A DNA stretch of 64,000 nt from an uncultured Clostridium sp. (GCA_902461935.1 CABPZP010000002.1:43685-107684); one strand, 5' to 3'; shown: positions 37,956-47,729, numbered from the stretch's first letter. Notes: generated from the letters alone by a model not told the origin. A program made the numbers and translations.

Positions 37956-38630
37956 ATGACAAGAACAAAATTATCAGAAAGAGTACTTCCAACATATACA
38001 AAAGGTGAAGAAATATTTAATATGGTTTCACATATAGTTGGAGGAGTATTAGGTATTGTAGCAATTGTACTATGCAGTGTATTTGCGGCAATAAGACATA
38101 ATCCGTATGGAGTTGTAAGTGGAGTAATATTTGGAATTTCTATGGTAATACTTTATACATTTTCAAGTATTTATCATGGAATGAAACCAAACACAAAAAG
38201 GAAAAAAATATTTCAAATATTTGACCATTGTGCAATATTTTTATTAATAGCAGGGTCCTATACTCCATTTGCATTATGTACTTTAAGAGAATATAATACT
38301 GCCCTTGGGTGGTGGATTTTTGGAATAATATGGGCAGCGGCAATACTTGGAATAACTTTAAATGCTATAGATTTAAAAAAATATAAAGTATTTTCTATGA
38401 TATGTTATTTAGTAATGGGCTGGTGCATAATAATAAAAATTAACATATTACCCAAATTACTTGGAACAACAGGTTTTGTTTTATTAGTTACAGGAGGCAT
38501 AATATATACAATAGGAGCTATATTATATGGTTTAGGAAGAAAACATAAATATATACATTCAATATTTCATTTATTCATATTTTTTGCAAATTTATTACAC
38601 TTTTTATGTATTTTATTATATGTAATATAA
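37956..38630 (+). CDS. hemolysin III / PAQR-family membrane protein
   Basis: Seven TM segments, conserved HxxG near the N-terminus (SHIVGG), and SIFHLF near the C-terminus. Confidence 0.75.
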   Translation: MTRTKLSERVLPTYTKGEEIFNMVSHIVGGVLGIVAIVLCSVFAAIRHNPYGVVSGVIFGISMVILYTFSSIYHGMKPNTKRKKIFQIFDHCAIFLLIAGSYTPFALCTLREYNTALGWWIFGIIWAAAILGITLNAIDLKKYKVFSMICYLVMGWCIIIKINILPKLLGTTGFVLLVTGGIIYTIGAILYGLGRKHKYIHSIFHLFIFFANLLHFLCILLYVI

Positions 38631-38641
38631 TTTTTTTATTA

Positions 38642-38672
38642 AATGTCAATTTTATATTGACATTTTTTTTAT
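38642..38672 (+). terminator. intrinsic terminator
   Basis: aatgtcaat-tttat-attgacatt followed by a T-run. Confidence 0.7.
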
Positions 38673-38697
38673 TTAATCATACAATATAAATGTGAAC

Positions 38698-38717
38698 ATA
38701 TGAATAAGTATTCATAT
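38698..38717 (+). promoter_or_regulatory. perfect 9-2-9 palindrome; candidate ArsR/SmtB operator
   Basis: ATATGAATA-AG-TATTCATAT, 22 nt upstream of the arsR-type gene. Confidence 0.6.
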
Positions 38718-38739
38718 AACGAAAGAATGGAGAATATAT

Positions 38740-39096
38740 ATGGAAGTAGAAGAAAATCAAGAACAAAACATTATAAGATTAGATACAGTAAATAAAGTTA
38801 AAGAAAATATGTTAGAAGAAGAAAAAATATTCGATTTAGCCGAATTATTCAAAGTATTTGCAGACTCTACTAGAATGAAAATTATTTGTGCACTTGAAGA
38901 AAAAGAACTTTGTGTAGGAGAAATAGCCTATATAACAAATTCAACACAAAGTGCAATATCACATCAGCTTAGAGTTTTGAAACAAGCAAAACTTGTAAAA
39001 TACAGAAAAGATGGAAAAGTGGTTTATTATAGCTTAGACGATGACCACGTAATAGAAATTGTAAAGAAAGGTCGTGAACATATTGAAGAAGTATAG
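38740..39096 (+). CDS. ArsR/SmtB-family metalloregulator (CadC-like)
   Basis: ELFKVFADSTRMKIICAL...LCVGEIA...QSAISHQLRVLK. Confidence 0.85.
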   Translation: MEVEENQEQNIIRLDTVNKVKENMLEEEKIFDLAELFKVFADSTRMKIICALEEKELCVGEIAYITNSTQSAISHQLRVLKQAKLVKYRKDGKVVYYSLDDDHVIEIVKKGREHIEEV

Positions 39097-41158
39097 ATAT
39101 GATGTTATTGATTTAGACTGTGCAAATTGTGCTAAAAAAATTGAAGATAAAATAGCAAAAACAGAAGGTTATAAAAATGTTATATTAAATTATTCCACAT
39201 TAAAATTATCTTTTGAAACAGATAAAGAAAATCCTTTAAAAGAAATAAGAGAAATAGTTCAAAAAATGGAGCCAGATACTCAAATTGTAGAAGAAAAAAA
39301 GGAAAATACTAAAACAGAAAATGAAAGCAAAAAAATTAATATGGAAATAATTAGATTAATTATAGGAATTTATATTGCAGCTATAGGTTCTATGGGAGTA
39401 TTTTCAAATGAATTAATAAATACCTTATGTATAATTGCAGGATATGTAATTTTATTATTTAAAACAGCAAAAAAAGCATTGAAATTGTTATGGAAAAACC
39501 ATAGTTTAGATGAAAGTGCTCTAATTACTATCTCATGTATAGGTGCATATTTAATAGGAAAACAAAGTGAAGGTTTAATGGTTATTGCATTATATGAAAT
39601 AGGAGAAATACTAGAAGATAAAGCTGTTAATAAAAGTAGAAAATCTATAAAAGAATTAATGAATATAAAACCAGAATATGCAAATTTAAAAGAAAAAAAT
39701 GAAACTAAAAAGGTATCACCTGAAAATGTAAAAATAGGAGATATAATTGTTGTAAAAAACGGAGAAAAAATACCTTTAGATGGTATTGTAACAAAAGGAA
39801 ATAGTTCATTAAATACAGCAGCTCTAACAGGAGAATCTAAATTACAAAATGTAAAAGTTGGAGATAAAGTTTTATCTGGAAGCATAAATGTAGAAGGATT
39901 AATAGAAGTAAAAGTTACAGAAAAATACGAAAATTCAACAGTTAGCAAAGTTTTACAATTAGTTGAAACTGCAACAGATAGAAAAGCAAAAACAGAAAAC
40001 TTTGTATCAAAAGCAGCAAAGATATATACACCAATAGTTATAGGCCTTGCGATTATAGTTGCAGTATTTATGCCATTGGTAATAAAAAGTGTAAGTTATA
40101 GTGAAAGTATTTACAAAGCTCTAGTATTCTTAGTAATTTCTTGCCCATGTTCAATTGCTATATCTGTTCCACTAAGTTATTTTTCTGGAATAGGTAAATC
40201 ATCTAAAGAAGGAATTTTAGTAAAAGGAAGCGATTACTTAGATGGAATAAAAAATATAAAAGAAATAGTTTTTGATAAAACAGGAACAATTACAACAGGA
40301 AAATTTGAAGTTGTAGAAGTTAAAACTTATGGAGAATTAAGCGAGGAAGAAGTTTATAAATATTTTGCATATGGAGAAAAATTCTCAAATCATCCAATTG
40401 CAAAATCTATTTTAGAATATAAAAAAATAGATATAGATGAAAGTAAAGTAAAAAAATTAAAAGAAATATCAGGAAAAGGGATTTCATATGAAGTTGAAGG
40501 AAAAACAATAAAAATAGGAAATAAAGAATTAGTAGAAGAAAAAACAAATAGAGAAGATAATGGAACAGCTCTATATTTATCAGTAGATGGAAAAGTAGAA
40601 GGAGCAATAATATTAAAAGACAAAATTAAAGATAATATGAAAAATACATTTGAGAAATTCAAAAAATTAGGAATTAAAACAAGAATGTTTACAGGAGACA
40701 GAAAAGAAGTAGCCAAAGAAGTTGCAAATGAAGTAGGAATAGATGAATATAAAGCAGAAATGTTACCACAAGACAAATTTAATGAATTAGAAAAAGTAAT
40801 AGAAAGCAATAAAGATGAAAACTACAAAGTAGCATTTGTAGGAGATGGAATAAATGATAGTCCAGTAATAGCAAGAGCAGACATAGGAATATCTATGGGA
40901 GGAGTAGGTGCAAGCAGTGCAATAGAAGCCTCAGACGTTGTAATAATGACAGATGAAATAGAAAAAATAATAACAGGAATACGTATTTCTAAAAAAACAA
41001 ATAGAATAATAAAAGAAAACCTAGTATTTTCAATAGGAATAAAAATATTAGTATTGCTACTTACAATACTTGGAATATCAGATATGTGGGAAGCAGTATT
41101 TGCAGATGTAGGAGTAACATTAATAACAATTTTTAATACACTTAGAATTTTAAAATAA
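39074..41158 (+). CDS. heavy-metal (Cd/Zn/Co-type) translocating P1B-type ATPase
   Basis: N-terminal CANC metal-binding domain, CPC in TM6 (SCPCSIAIS), DKTGT, GDGINDSP. GTG start overlaps the regulator gene. Confidence 0.9.
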   Translation: MNILKKYRYDVIDLDCANCAKKIEDKIAKTEGYKNVILNYSTLKLSFETDKENPLKEIREIVQKMEPDTQIVEEKKENTKTENESKKINMEIIRLIIGIYIAAIGSMGVFSNELINTLCIIAGYVILLFKTAKKALKLLWKNHSLDESALITISCIGAYLIGKQSEGLMVIALYEIGEILEDKAVNKSRKSIKELMNIKPEYANLKEKNETKKVSPENVKIGDIIVVKNGEKIPLDGIVTKGNSSLNTAALTGESKLQNVKVGDKVLSGSINVEGLIEVKVTEKYENSTVSKVLQLVETATDRKAKTENFVSKAAKIYTPIVIGLAIIVAVFMPLVIKSVSYSESIYKALVFLVISCPCSIAISVPLSYFSGIGKSSKEGILVKGSDYLDGIKNIKEIVFDKTGTITTGKFEVVEVKTYGELSEEEVYKYFAYGEKFSNHPIAKSILEYKKIDIDESKVKKLKEISGKGISYEVEGKTIKIGNKELVEEKTNREDNGTALYLSVDGKVEGAIILKDKIKDNMKNTFEKFKKLGIKTRMFTGDRKEVAKEVANEVGIDEYKAEMLPQDKFNELEKVIESNKDENYKVAFVGDGINDSPVIARADIGISMGGVGASSAIEASDVVIMTDEIEKIITGIRISKKTNRIIKENLVFSIGIKILVLLLTILGISDMWEAVFADVGVTLITIFNTLRILK

Positions 41159-41160
41159 AT

Positions 41161-41185
41161 TTGTAGGGGCGACCATTGGTCGCCC
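41161..41185 (+). repeat. REP-like hairpin (TTGTAGGGGCGACCATTGGTCGCCC), followed by a T-run so may double as the ATPase terminator
   Basis: Sequence read directly. Confidence 0.8.
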
Positions 41186-41333
41186 TTTTATAAATAAAAG
41201 TTAATATTTTTCAAAATAACAATCTGTATAAAAACTATATAAAATTACTATTTTTTAAATTATTATCAATTGACAAAAAGCATACATATAGAATAAAATT
41301 AACTTGTATTAATAAATTTTAGGAGGAAAAATT

Positions 41334-42515
41334 ATGGGATTAATTAAAGCAACTATAGGTGCTGTTGGAAGCACTTTAAATGATCAATGGAAAGAAGCAA
41401 TTAGATGTGATGAAATGGGTAATGATATTTTAATGAAAAAAGTTACTACCAAAAATGGAGTTATTTCAAATGGAAGTGCAATTATAGTAGGACCAGGACA
41501 ATGTGCTATTATTTTTGATAATGGTAGAGTTATAGATGCAACAGCAGAAGAAGGATACTATAAATTTGATACATCTTCTACACCTTCTTTATTTGAAGGT
41601 GAATTTAAAGGAATGTTCAAAGAAATGTGGCAAAGATTTACATTTAATGGAGCATCTGCAAAACAACAAGCAGTATTTTTCTTTAATATTAAAGAAATTA
41701 TAAATAACAAATTTGGTACACCAGCACCAGTAATGTATGACGATTGGTCTCATGCAATACCAAATCAAATGACAGGTGAAACTCTTCCTTTATCTGTTTT
41801 TATAAAATGTTTTGGGACATATACATTTAAAATTACAAATCCTGCAACATTTATGAATGAAATAGCAGGAATGAGTGATGAATATAGAAAAGATGAATTG
41901 TTAGAACAAATGAGAAGCGAAGTTATGGATTCGTTTGAAAAAGTATTAAATCAATTAGGATGTGTAAATAAAATACCAGTTCGTTCACTTCCAAGCCAAA
42001 AAGATAAGGTAAAAGAAATAATGGCAGAAGGTAATTACGATGAAGCAATACAAAAAAGAGGAATTTCTATAATAGAATTTAATATTGAATCTGTTTCACT
42101 AGATGAAGAATCACAAGAAAAAATTAATAATTATGAATTAAGTTCAAACGCATATATGCAACAAGGAACAATGGTTGGAGCATATGCTCAATCTATGAAA
42201 GATGCTGCAAATAATCCAAATGGAGCAACAAATGGTTTTGTAGGAGTAGGAATGGCAAATATGGCATCTGGAGGAATTATGGGAGGAGCTACAATATCTC
42301 CATGGCAAAATGCTACACCAGCACAAAATAATTCTAATAATACAACAACAACTGCAGAAGCATGGGAATGCCCAAATTGTAAAAAACAAGTAAATGGCAA
42401 TTTCTGTCCAGATTGCGGAACCAAAAGACCAGAAAAAGCATTTTGTCCAAATTGTGGTAAAAAAGTAGATAAAAACACAAAATTTTGCCCAGACTGTGGA
42501 ACAAAATTAAATTAA
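41334..42515 (+). CDS. SPFH/band-7-like protein (YdjI-like) with C-terminal double zinc ribbon
   Basis: N-terminal MGLIKATIGAVGSTLNDQWKE... The C-terminus has CPNC...CPDCG and CPNCG...CPDCG. Confidence 0.65.
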   Translation: MGLIKATIGAVGSTLNDQWKEAIRCDEMGNDILMKKVTTKNGVISNGSAIIVGPGQCAIIFDNGRVIDATAEEGYYKFDTSSTPSLFEGEFKGMFKEMWQRFTFNGASAKQQAVFFFNIKEIINNKFGTPAPVMYDDWSHAIPNQMTGETLPLSVFIKCFGTYTFKITNPATFMNEIAGMSDEYRKDELLEQMRSEVMDSFEKVLNQLGCVNKIPVRSLPSQKDKVKEIMAEGNYDEAIQKRGISIIEFNIESVSLDEESQEKINNYELSSNAYMQQGTMVGAYAQSMKDAANNPNGATNGFVGVGMANMASGGIMGGATISPWQNATPAQNNSNNTTTTAEAWECPNCKKQVNGNFCPDCGTKRPEKAFCPNCGKKVDKNTKFCPDCGTKLN

Positions 42516-42577
42516 AATAGAAAGGAAATAATCAATTAATAAATTAATATTTTTATGTAATTGATTAATAGTAAGTT

Positions 42578-43612
42578 ATGAAAACAACTGTAGATAACAA
42601 ATGTCCAAGTTGTGGAGCAAACATAAAATTTGACCAAACGTTGCAAAAGTGGAAATGTGAATATTGTGGGATGTCTTATAACATTGAGGATTTTGAAAAA
42701 CAACAAGCAAAAGAAGGTAATGAAAACTTAGATATAAATATAGATGAATACACATGCCCTAACTGCGGAGCAACAGTTGTAACAGATGAAAATACTGTTG
42801 CTACACATTGTGTATATTGTGGAAATACAGCAATAATGAAAAATAGATTACAAGGTGAATTTAAGCCAGATAAATTAATTCCATTTGCAACAAAAAAAGA
42901 AGACGCAATAAATGAATTTCAAAAAAATGTAAAGAAAAGATGGTTTTCACCACCAGATTTTCATAATGAAGAAAATATTGAAAAAATAACAGGAGTATAT
43001 ATTCCGTTTTGGCTATACGATGGAAAAACAACAGGAGATATAACAGCAACTGCAGAGAGAATAAGAAGCTGGTCATCAGGAAGTTACAGATATACAGAAA
43101 CTTCCACATATAATTGCGTAAGAAACGGAGAATTAGAAATTACAGATTTGCCAGTAGATGGTTCTACCAAATTTGAAGATGAAATAATGGATTCAATAGA
43201 GCCATATAACTACAGTAAATTTGTGCCTTTTAATAGATCATATTTATCAGGCTTTTTAGCAGAAAAGTATGATTTAACTCAAGATGAAGTGTATGATAGA
43301 GCGAAAACAAGAATGGAAAATACCACAGTAAATGAGCTAAAGAAAACAATAACTGGATATAATACAGTTTCTATAAATAGTAGCAATGTTAATATTCAAA
43401 AAGGAAAAGTAGAATATGCTCTTTTGCCAGTGTGGATGTTAAATATAAAATATAAAGAGAAAATGTACACATTCGCCATGAATGGTCAAACAAGGCAAGT
43501 TGTAGGAAAAGTGCCAGTATGTATAAGTAAGGTAATAAAAAAAGGAATATTATTCTTTGGAATAGGCTTTGCTTTAGCATTTTTATATAATATTATAAGG
43601 GGAATGATGTAA
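42578..43612 (+). CDS. zinc-ribbon protein with C-terminal TM anchor (YdjG-like)
   Basis: CPSCG...CEYCG, CPNCG...CVYCG. Hydrophobic C-terminus GILFFGIGFALAFLYNII. Confidence 0.55.
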   Translation: MKTTVDNKCPSCGANIKFDQTLQKWKCEYCGMSYNIEDFEKQQAKEGNENLDINIDEYTCPNCGATVVTDENTVATHCVYCGNTAIMKNRLQGEFKPDKLIPFATKKEDAINEFQKNVKKRWFSPPDFHNEENIEKITGVYIPFWLYDGKTTGDITATAERIRSWSSGSYRYTETSTYNCVRNGELEITDLPVDGSTKFEDEIMDSIEPYNYSKFVPFNRSYLSGFLAEKYDLTQDEVYDRAKTRMENTTVNELKKTITGYNTVSINSSNVNIQKGKVEYALLPVWMLNIKYKEKMYTFAMNGQTRQVVGKVPVCISKVIKKGILFFGIGFALAFLYNIIRGMM

Positions 43613-44497
43613 ATGAATAAAAAAATAAAGATAGTTTTAGGCTTAGCAATTTCTTTAGTAATTATAATGTTTTCAAATTCATATGCTACGAGTACATATT
43701 ATAGTGATGAAGCAACATATAGAAACGACTCTAGCACATATAATAGCAATACATATACTACAAATTCACAAAAGGCTAAAGCAAATACACCCGTGGTAGA
43801 TGCAACAAAAAAGATATACGATTATGCAAATTTAATAACAAAAGATGAAGAAGAAGTTTTATATAATAAAGTTCAAGAATTTATAAATAAATACGATATG
43901 GATATGGCAATAGTAACAATAAATTCAAATCCAAAATCATCATCTATGGCATATGCGGATGACTTTTATGATTATAATAATTTTGGAAAAGGAACAAACA
44001 AAACTGGACTACTATTTTTAATAGATATGCAAAATAGAAATATGTGGATTTCAACAACAGGTGATGCAATAAACATATATACAGATAGTAGAATAAATAC
44101 AATTTTGGACTATACATATGATAAAATATCAAATGAAGATTATAATGGGTGTGCAGAGCAATTTATAGATAAAGCAAGCTACTTTGCAAATAAAGGACTA
44201 ACAGGAGGAAGCAAAGTAGTAACAGTTCCTAAAATGATATGTAACTCATTAATATTTGCTGGAATAGTAACAATAGTTTTTATATGTATAGGTCTTGCAA
44301 CACATAGAAAACCAAAAAAGAAAAAAGAAGCAAGCAACTATATAACTCAACCATTAAAATTAAGTAACAAATTAGATACATTTTTAGATAAACACGTATC
44401 AAAAGTAAAAATAGAAACATCGTCAAGTTCAGGAGGAAGCTCAACGCACAGTGGAAGTAGTGGAACATCACACGGCGGAGGCGGAAGAAGTTTCTAA
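43613..44497 (+). CDS. TPM-domain membrane protein (YdjH/YgcG-like) with Gly/Ser-rich tail
   Basis: Signal/TM segment, a TPM-like core (DMAIVTINS...GLLFLIDMQNRNMWISTTG), a TM, and the tail SSGGSSTHSGSSGTSHGGGGRSF. Confidence 0.7.
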   Translation: MNKKIKIVLGLAISLVIIMFSNSYATSTYYSDEATYRNDSSTYNSNTYTTNSQKAKANTPVVDATKKIYDYANLITKDEEEVLYNKVQEFINKYDMDMAIVTINSNPKSSSMAYADDFYDYNNFGKGTNKTGLLFLIDMQNRNMWISTTGDAINIYTDSRINTILDYTYDKISNEDYNGCAEQFIDKASYFANKGLTGGSKVVTVPKMICNSLIFAGIVTIVFICIGLATHRKPKKKKEASNYITQPLKLSNKLDTFLDKHVSKVKIETSSSSGGSSTHSGSSGTSHGGGGRSF

Positions 44498-44518
44498 AAA
44501 ATAAATTATATTTAAAAA

Positions 44519-44560
44519 ATGACAAATAAATTGTTTTTAATCAACAAATATATTTGTCAT
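44519..44560 (+). repeat. minimal copy of the MITE termini (the two inverted ends abutting); may act as a terminator
   Basis: ATGACAAATAAATTGTTTTT-aatc-AACAAATATATTTGTCAT followed by tttatt. Confidence 0.55.
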
Positions 44561-44582
44561 TTTATTATAGTATAAAAATTAT

Positions 44583-44620
44583 CGTCAAACGTTATAGGAG
44601 TGCTATACTTATGGTGATTC
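44583..44620 (+). repeat. AT-decayed REP relic
   Basis: cgtcaaacgttATAGGAGTGCTATACTTATGGTGATTC aligns with the GTAGGGGTCGGCGTCCTTAGGGCGACCC type, with G/C to A/T changes. Confidence 0.5.
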
Positions 44621-44700
44621 AGAATAGATTAATTATTTTTTGTTGAAAAAGAAAAATTAAAATATTATTAGTAAAATTAAATAAAAAAGCCAAATAAGTA

Positions 44701-44729
44701 TTGACTTACGGCTGAAAGCATTGTATAAT
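44701..44729 (+). promoter_or_regulatory. strong sigma-A promoter of the S10 operon (TTGACT-17-TATAAT)
   Basis: ttgact 44701-44706, tataat 44724-44729. Confidence 0.7.
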
Positions 44730-44934
44730 ATTTAAGCATGAGTTTAGCGTTGAAGTAGAATGTGGCTACAAAGTACTACGGATGTAAGACTTTGGAGGGA
44801 ACTTCTATGGAGTATGTCTTGGCTTAGACCGGGCGGTAAGTTCTTTTAATTCATATAAAATTTTTATATTTTATAGAAGTAAAAGATACAATTAAATATA
44901 ATTTAGTTGTATATAAAAACAATTAAGCACTTAT

Positions 44935-44966
44935 CCCAAGAAAAAGCATGCAAAACTTGGGTTTTT
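44935..44966 (+). terminator. terminator-like hairpin inside the S10 leader (possible attenuator)
   Basis: cccaag-15 nt-cttggg followed by ttttt, about 80 nt upstream of the rpsJ ATG. Confidence 0.5.
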
Positions 44967-45044
44967 ATATTGGAGTTTTAAGAAACACCAGGGTGCGTTT
45001 GAACTTGCCTAGGTAAAATTATATTTTAAGGAGGGAAAATTACT

Positions 45045-45374
45045 ATGGCAACAACAAAACAAATGGTAGGAAGTGAGAAAATAAGAATAAGATTAAAAGC
45101 TTATGATCACGTAGTTTTAGATCAGTCTGCTGAAAAAATAGTAGATACTGCTAAGGGTACAGGAGCTAAAGTTTCAGGTCCTATTCCACTACCAACACAA
45201 AAAGAAGTTGTAACAATTTTACGTTGTCCTCACAAATACAAAGATTCAAGAGAACAATTTGAAATGAGAACACATAAAAGAGTTATAGATATTCTTTACC
45301 CAACACAAAAAACAGTTGATACATTAATGAAATTAGAATTACCAGCTGGTGTTGAAATAGAAATAAAATTATAG
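45045..45374 (+). CDS. rpsJ: 30S ribosomal protein S10
   Basis: [17 protein letters not shown]...; AAGGAGGG RBS. Confidence 0.95.
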   Translation: MATTKQMVGSEKIRIRLKAYDHVVLDQSAEKIVDTAKGTGAKVSGPIPLPTQKEVVTILRCPHKYKDSREQFEMRTHKRVIDILYPTQKTVDTLMKLELPAGVEIEIKL

Positions 45375-45449
45375 TTTAGAGCTTACTATAAAATTACTTC
45401 TATATTTATAGAAGAAAAAACTCAAAAAACCATGCTACTTTAATAAACA

Positions 45450-45575
45450 AAATAAAGAAATCAAAAACGAGTATTGCTAGGCAAATGAAATAAAATTTTT
45501 GAGGCAGTACGTTTGTACGGCGATAAAATTTTATTGAAATTTAACAACGCAAGACGAAGTTTTTCATTTATTTAG
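45450..45575 (+). repeat. structured intergenic element E, copy 1 (upstream of rplC)
   Basis: Nested hairpins: aaatgaaa...tttcattt outside, ataaaatttt...aaaattttat inside, GC core gcagtac-gttt-gtacggc. Collinear with 47599-47729. Confidence 0.7.
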
Positions 45576-45601
45576 TAGCCAATAGTTAGGAGGAAAGAAA
45601 T

Positions 45602-46231
45602 ATGAAAAAAGGATTAATAGGAAAAAAAGTTGGAATGACACAAATCTTTGATGAAGCAGGAAAAGTTATTCCAGTAACAGCAATAGAAGCTGGACCTTGT
45701 ACAGTTGCACAAGTAAAAACTGTTGAAACAGATGGTTACGACGCAGTACAATTAGGTTTCGGAGATGTAAAATTAAAGAAAGTTATAAAACCAATTCAAG
45801 GACATTTTGCAAAAACAAATCTAGAACCTAAAAAACATTTAAGAGAATTTAGATTAGACGATGTTTCAAACTTTAAAGTTGGAGACGAATTAAAAGCAGA
45901 TGTTTTTGAAGCAGGAGAAAAAGTAGACATTCAAGGAACAACAAAAGGAAAAGGATTCCAAGGTGTTATTAAAAGACATGGACAACATAGAGGACCTATG
46001 GGACATGGTTCTATGTATCATAGAAGACCAGGTTCAATGGGATCAACATCTACACCAGGTAGAGTATTTAAAGGTAAGAAATTACCAGGACATATGGGAG
46101 TTCAAACTGTTACAATTCAAAACTTAGAAGTTGTAAGAGTTGACTTAGATAAAAATGTAATATTAGTAAAAGGTAGTGTACCAGGACCAAAAGGTGCTAT
46201 CTTAAAAATAAAAACAAGTGTTAAAGCGTAA
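45602..46231 (+). CDS. rplC: 50S ribosomal protein L3
   Basis: [15 protein letters not shown]...; operon order. Confidence 0.95.
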   Translation: MKKGLIGKKVGMTQIFDEAGKVIPVTAIEAGPCTVAQVKTVETDGYDAVQLGFGDVKLKKVIKPIQGHFAKTNLEPKKHLREFRLDDVSNFKVGDELKADVFEAGEKVDIQGTTKGKGFQGVIKRHGQHRGPMGHGSMYHRRPGSMGSTSTPGRVFKGKKLPGHMGVQTVTIQNLEVVRVDLDKNVILVKGSVPGPKGAILKIKTSVKA

Positions 46232-46245
46232 GGAGGGAGAAAGGA

Positions 46246-46869
46246 ATGCCTAAAATAGATGTATATAATATGCAAGGTAAAAAAGTTAGCGATGTAGAAT
46301 TAAATGAAGCTGTTTTTGGAATTGAACCAAACGAAGCAATTGTACATAGCGTATTAGTTAACTATTTAGCTAACCAAAGACAAGGTACACAAAATACAAA
46401 AACAAGAGCAGAAGTACGTGGTGGTGGAAGAAAACCATGGAGACAAAAAGGAACAGGTAGAGCAAGACAAGGAAGTATACGTGCACCACAATGGATAAAA
46501 GGTGGTATAGCGTTAGGTCCAAAACCTCGTTCATACAAATATACTGTTAATAAAAAAGAAAGAAGATTAGCAATAAAATCTATCTTAAGTTCAAAAGTAT
46601 TAGAAAACAATTTAGTAGTTGTTGATAAAATGGATGTTAAAGAAATAAAAACAAAAACAATGGTAGCAGCATTAGATAGCCTAAAAGTCACAGGAAAAAC
46701 ATTAATAATGTTACCAGAAAAAAATGAAAACGTTCAAAAATCAGCAAGAAACATTGAGGGAGTTAAAACTACATTAATAAATACAATAAATGTATACGAT
46801 TTATTAAAATACAACAAATTAGTAGTTACTCTAGATACTGTTAAAAAATTAGAGGAGGTGTACGCATAG
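46246..46869 (+). CDS. rplD: 50S ribosomal protein L4
   Basis: RQGTQNTKTRAEVRGGGRKPWRQKGTGRARQGS. Confidence 0.95.
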   Translation: MPKIDVYNMQGKKVSDVELNEAVFGIEPNEAIVHSVLVNYLANQRQGTQNTKTRAEVRGGGRKPWRQKGTGRARQGSIRAPQWIKGGIALGPKPRSYKYTVNKKERRLAIKSILSSKVLENNLVVVDKMDVKEIKTKTMVAALDSLKVTGKTLIMLPEKNENVQKSARNIEGVKTTLINTINVYDLLKYNKLVVTLDTVKKLEEVYA

Positions 46870-47217
46870 ATGATAGCAGAAGAAATAATAGTAAGACCAA
46901 TAGTTACTGAAAAAAGCAACGATGGATTACAAGAAGGAAAGTACACTTTTGAAGTAAACAAAAAAGCAACAAAAGTTGAAATAGCAAAAGCAGTTGAAAA
47001 ATTATTCAACGTAAAAGTATTAAAAGTAAACACAATGACAGTTAAAGGAAAACAAAAAAGAGTAGGAGCTCATGTTGGAAGAACATCTGACTGGAAAAAA
47101 GCTATAGTTACTATAGATACAAATCCTACAGATTCATCTTACTTAGGTAAAGGTGGAAAAGAAGTTAAAGTTTCTAAGAAGTATAAAGATTCAATAGACG
47201 AGTTCATGGGAGCTTAA
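46870..47217 (+). CDS. rplW: 50S ribosomal protein L23 (with C-terminal extension)
   Basis: [10 protein letters not shown]...[16 protein letters not shown]. Confidence 0.9.
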   Translation: MIAEEIIVRPIVTEKSNDGLQEGKYTFEVNKKATKVEIAKAVEKLFNVKVLKVNTMTVKGKQKRVGAHVGRTSDWKKAIVTIDTNPTDSSYLGKGGKEVKVSKKYKDSIDEFMGA

Positions 47218-47340
47218 CCTAGAAATTATAAGCGTCGCCTAACTTCGTTAACCATCATTTAAAATTTTGTCAACGTGCAATAAGCACGCCTTGAAAATTT
47301 TAAACTTGGTTGCCTTGTTATACTCGCTTCTAATTCCTAG
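47218..47340 (+). repeat. long rod-like imperfect hairpin (about 120 nt) directly after rplW
   Basis: cctagaaatta...caacgtgc-aataa-gcacg...taattcctag; the arms pair along most of their length. Confidence 0.65.
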
Positions 47341-47368
47341 AAAAACTAGACAAAATAGGAGAATAAAA

Positions 47369-47581
47369 ATGAATAAAGCTAATAAGCAATTTAGAGAAAA
47401 ATATAAATGTCCATTAGATGGGATGGTTAATCTAAAAATGAAAAAACCAGAAACATTTGATAAAACAAGAGAAACTAAAAAAGCTTTAGAAAATTCAGAC
47501 TATTCTTTAATAAAAACACAAGATTATCGGGAAAGAACCCGGAGAATAAAGAATATCTGCTTATGCGGGGCAGGAAAATAA
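47369..47581 (+). CDS. possible small basic ORF (70 aa) inside the rplW-rplB spacer
   Basis: An AGGAGA RBS 7 nt upstream gives MNKANKQFREKYKCPLDG... However, it contains two of the window's very rare in-frame CGG codons, which sit within a local hairpin (cggg-aaagaa-cccg). Confidence 0.3.
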   Translation: MNKANKQFREKYKCPLDGMVNLKMKKPETFDKTRETKKALENSDYSLIKTQDYRERTRRIKNICLCGAGK

Positions 47582-47598
47582 AACCGTAAATATGTAAA

Positions 47599-47729
47599 TA
47601 AATAGAGAAACAAGCAAAAGCGAGCAGTACTAGGAAAATGAATTCAAAATCCGCAGTCGTACATTGGTACGTCGAGGACATTTTGAATGAAATTTGACAC
47701 CGCAATGCGAAGGTTTTCATTGTTTCGAG
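47599..47729 (+). repeat. structured intergenic element E, copy 2 (upstream of rplB)
   Basis: Same architecture as 45450-45575: aaaatgaa...ttcatttt outside, ttcaaaat...attttgaa inside, core gcagtcgtac-attg-gtacgtcgagg, then tgaaatttgacaccgcaatgcgaagg. Confidence 0.7.

Noticed and set aside
47267-47581. The long version of the spacer ORF (104 aa, starting at 47267).
   Set aside because: Its first 34 codons lie inside the rod-like hairpin and have no RBS. Only the shorter 47369 start has a Shine-Dalgarno sequence, and even that ORF remains doubtful.
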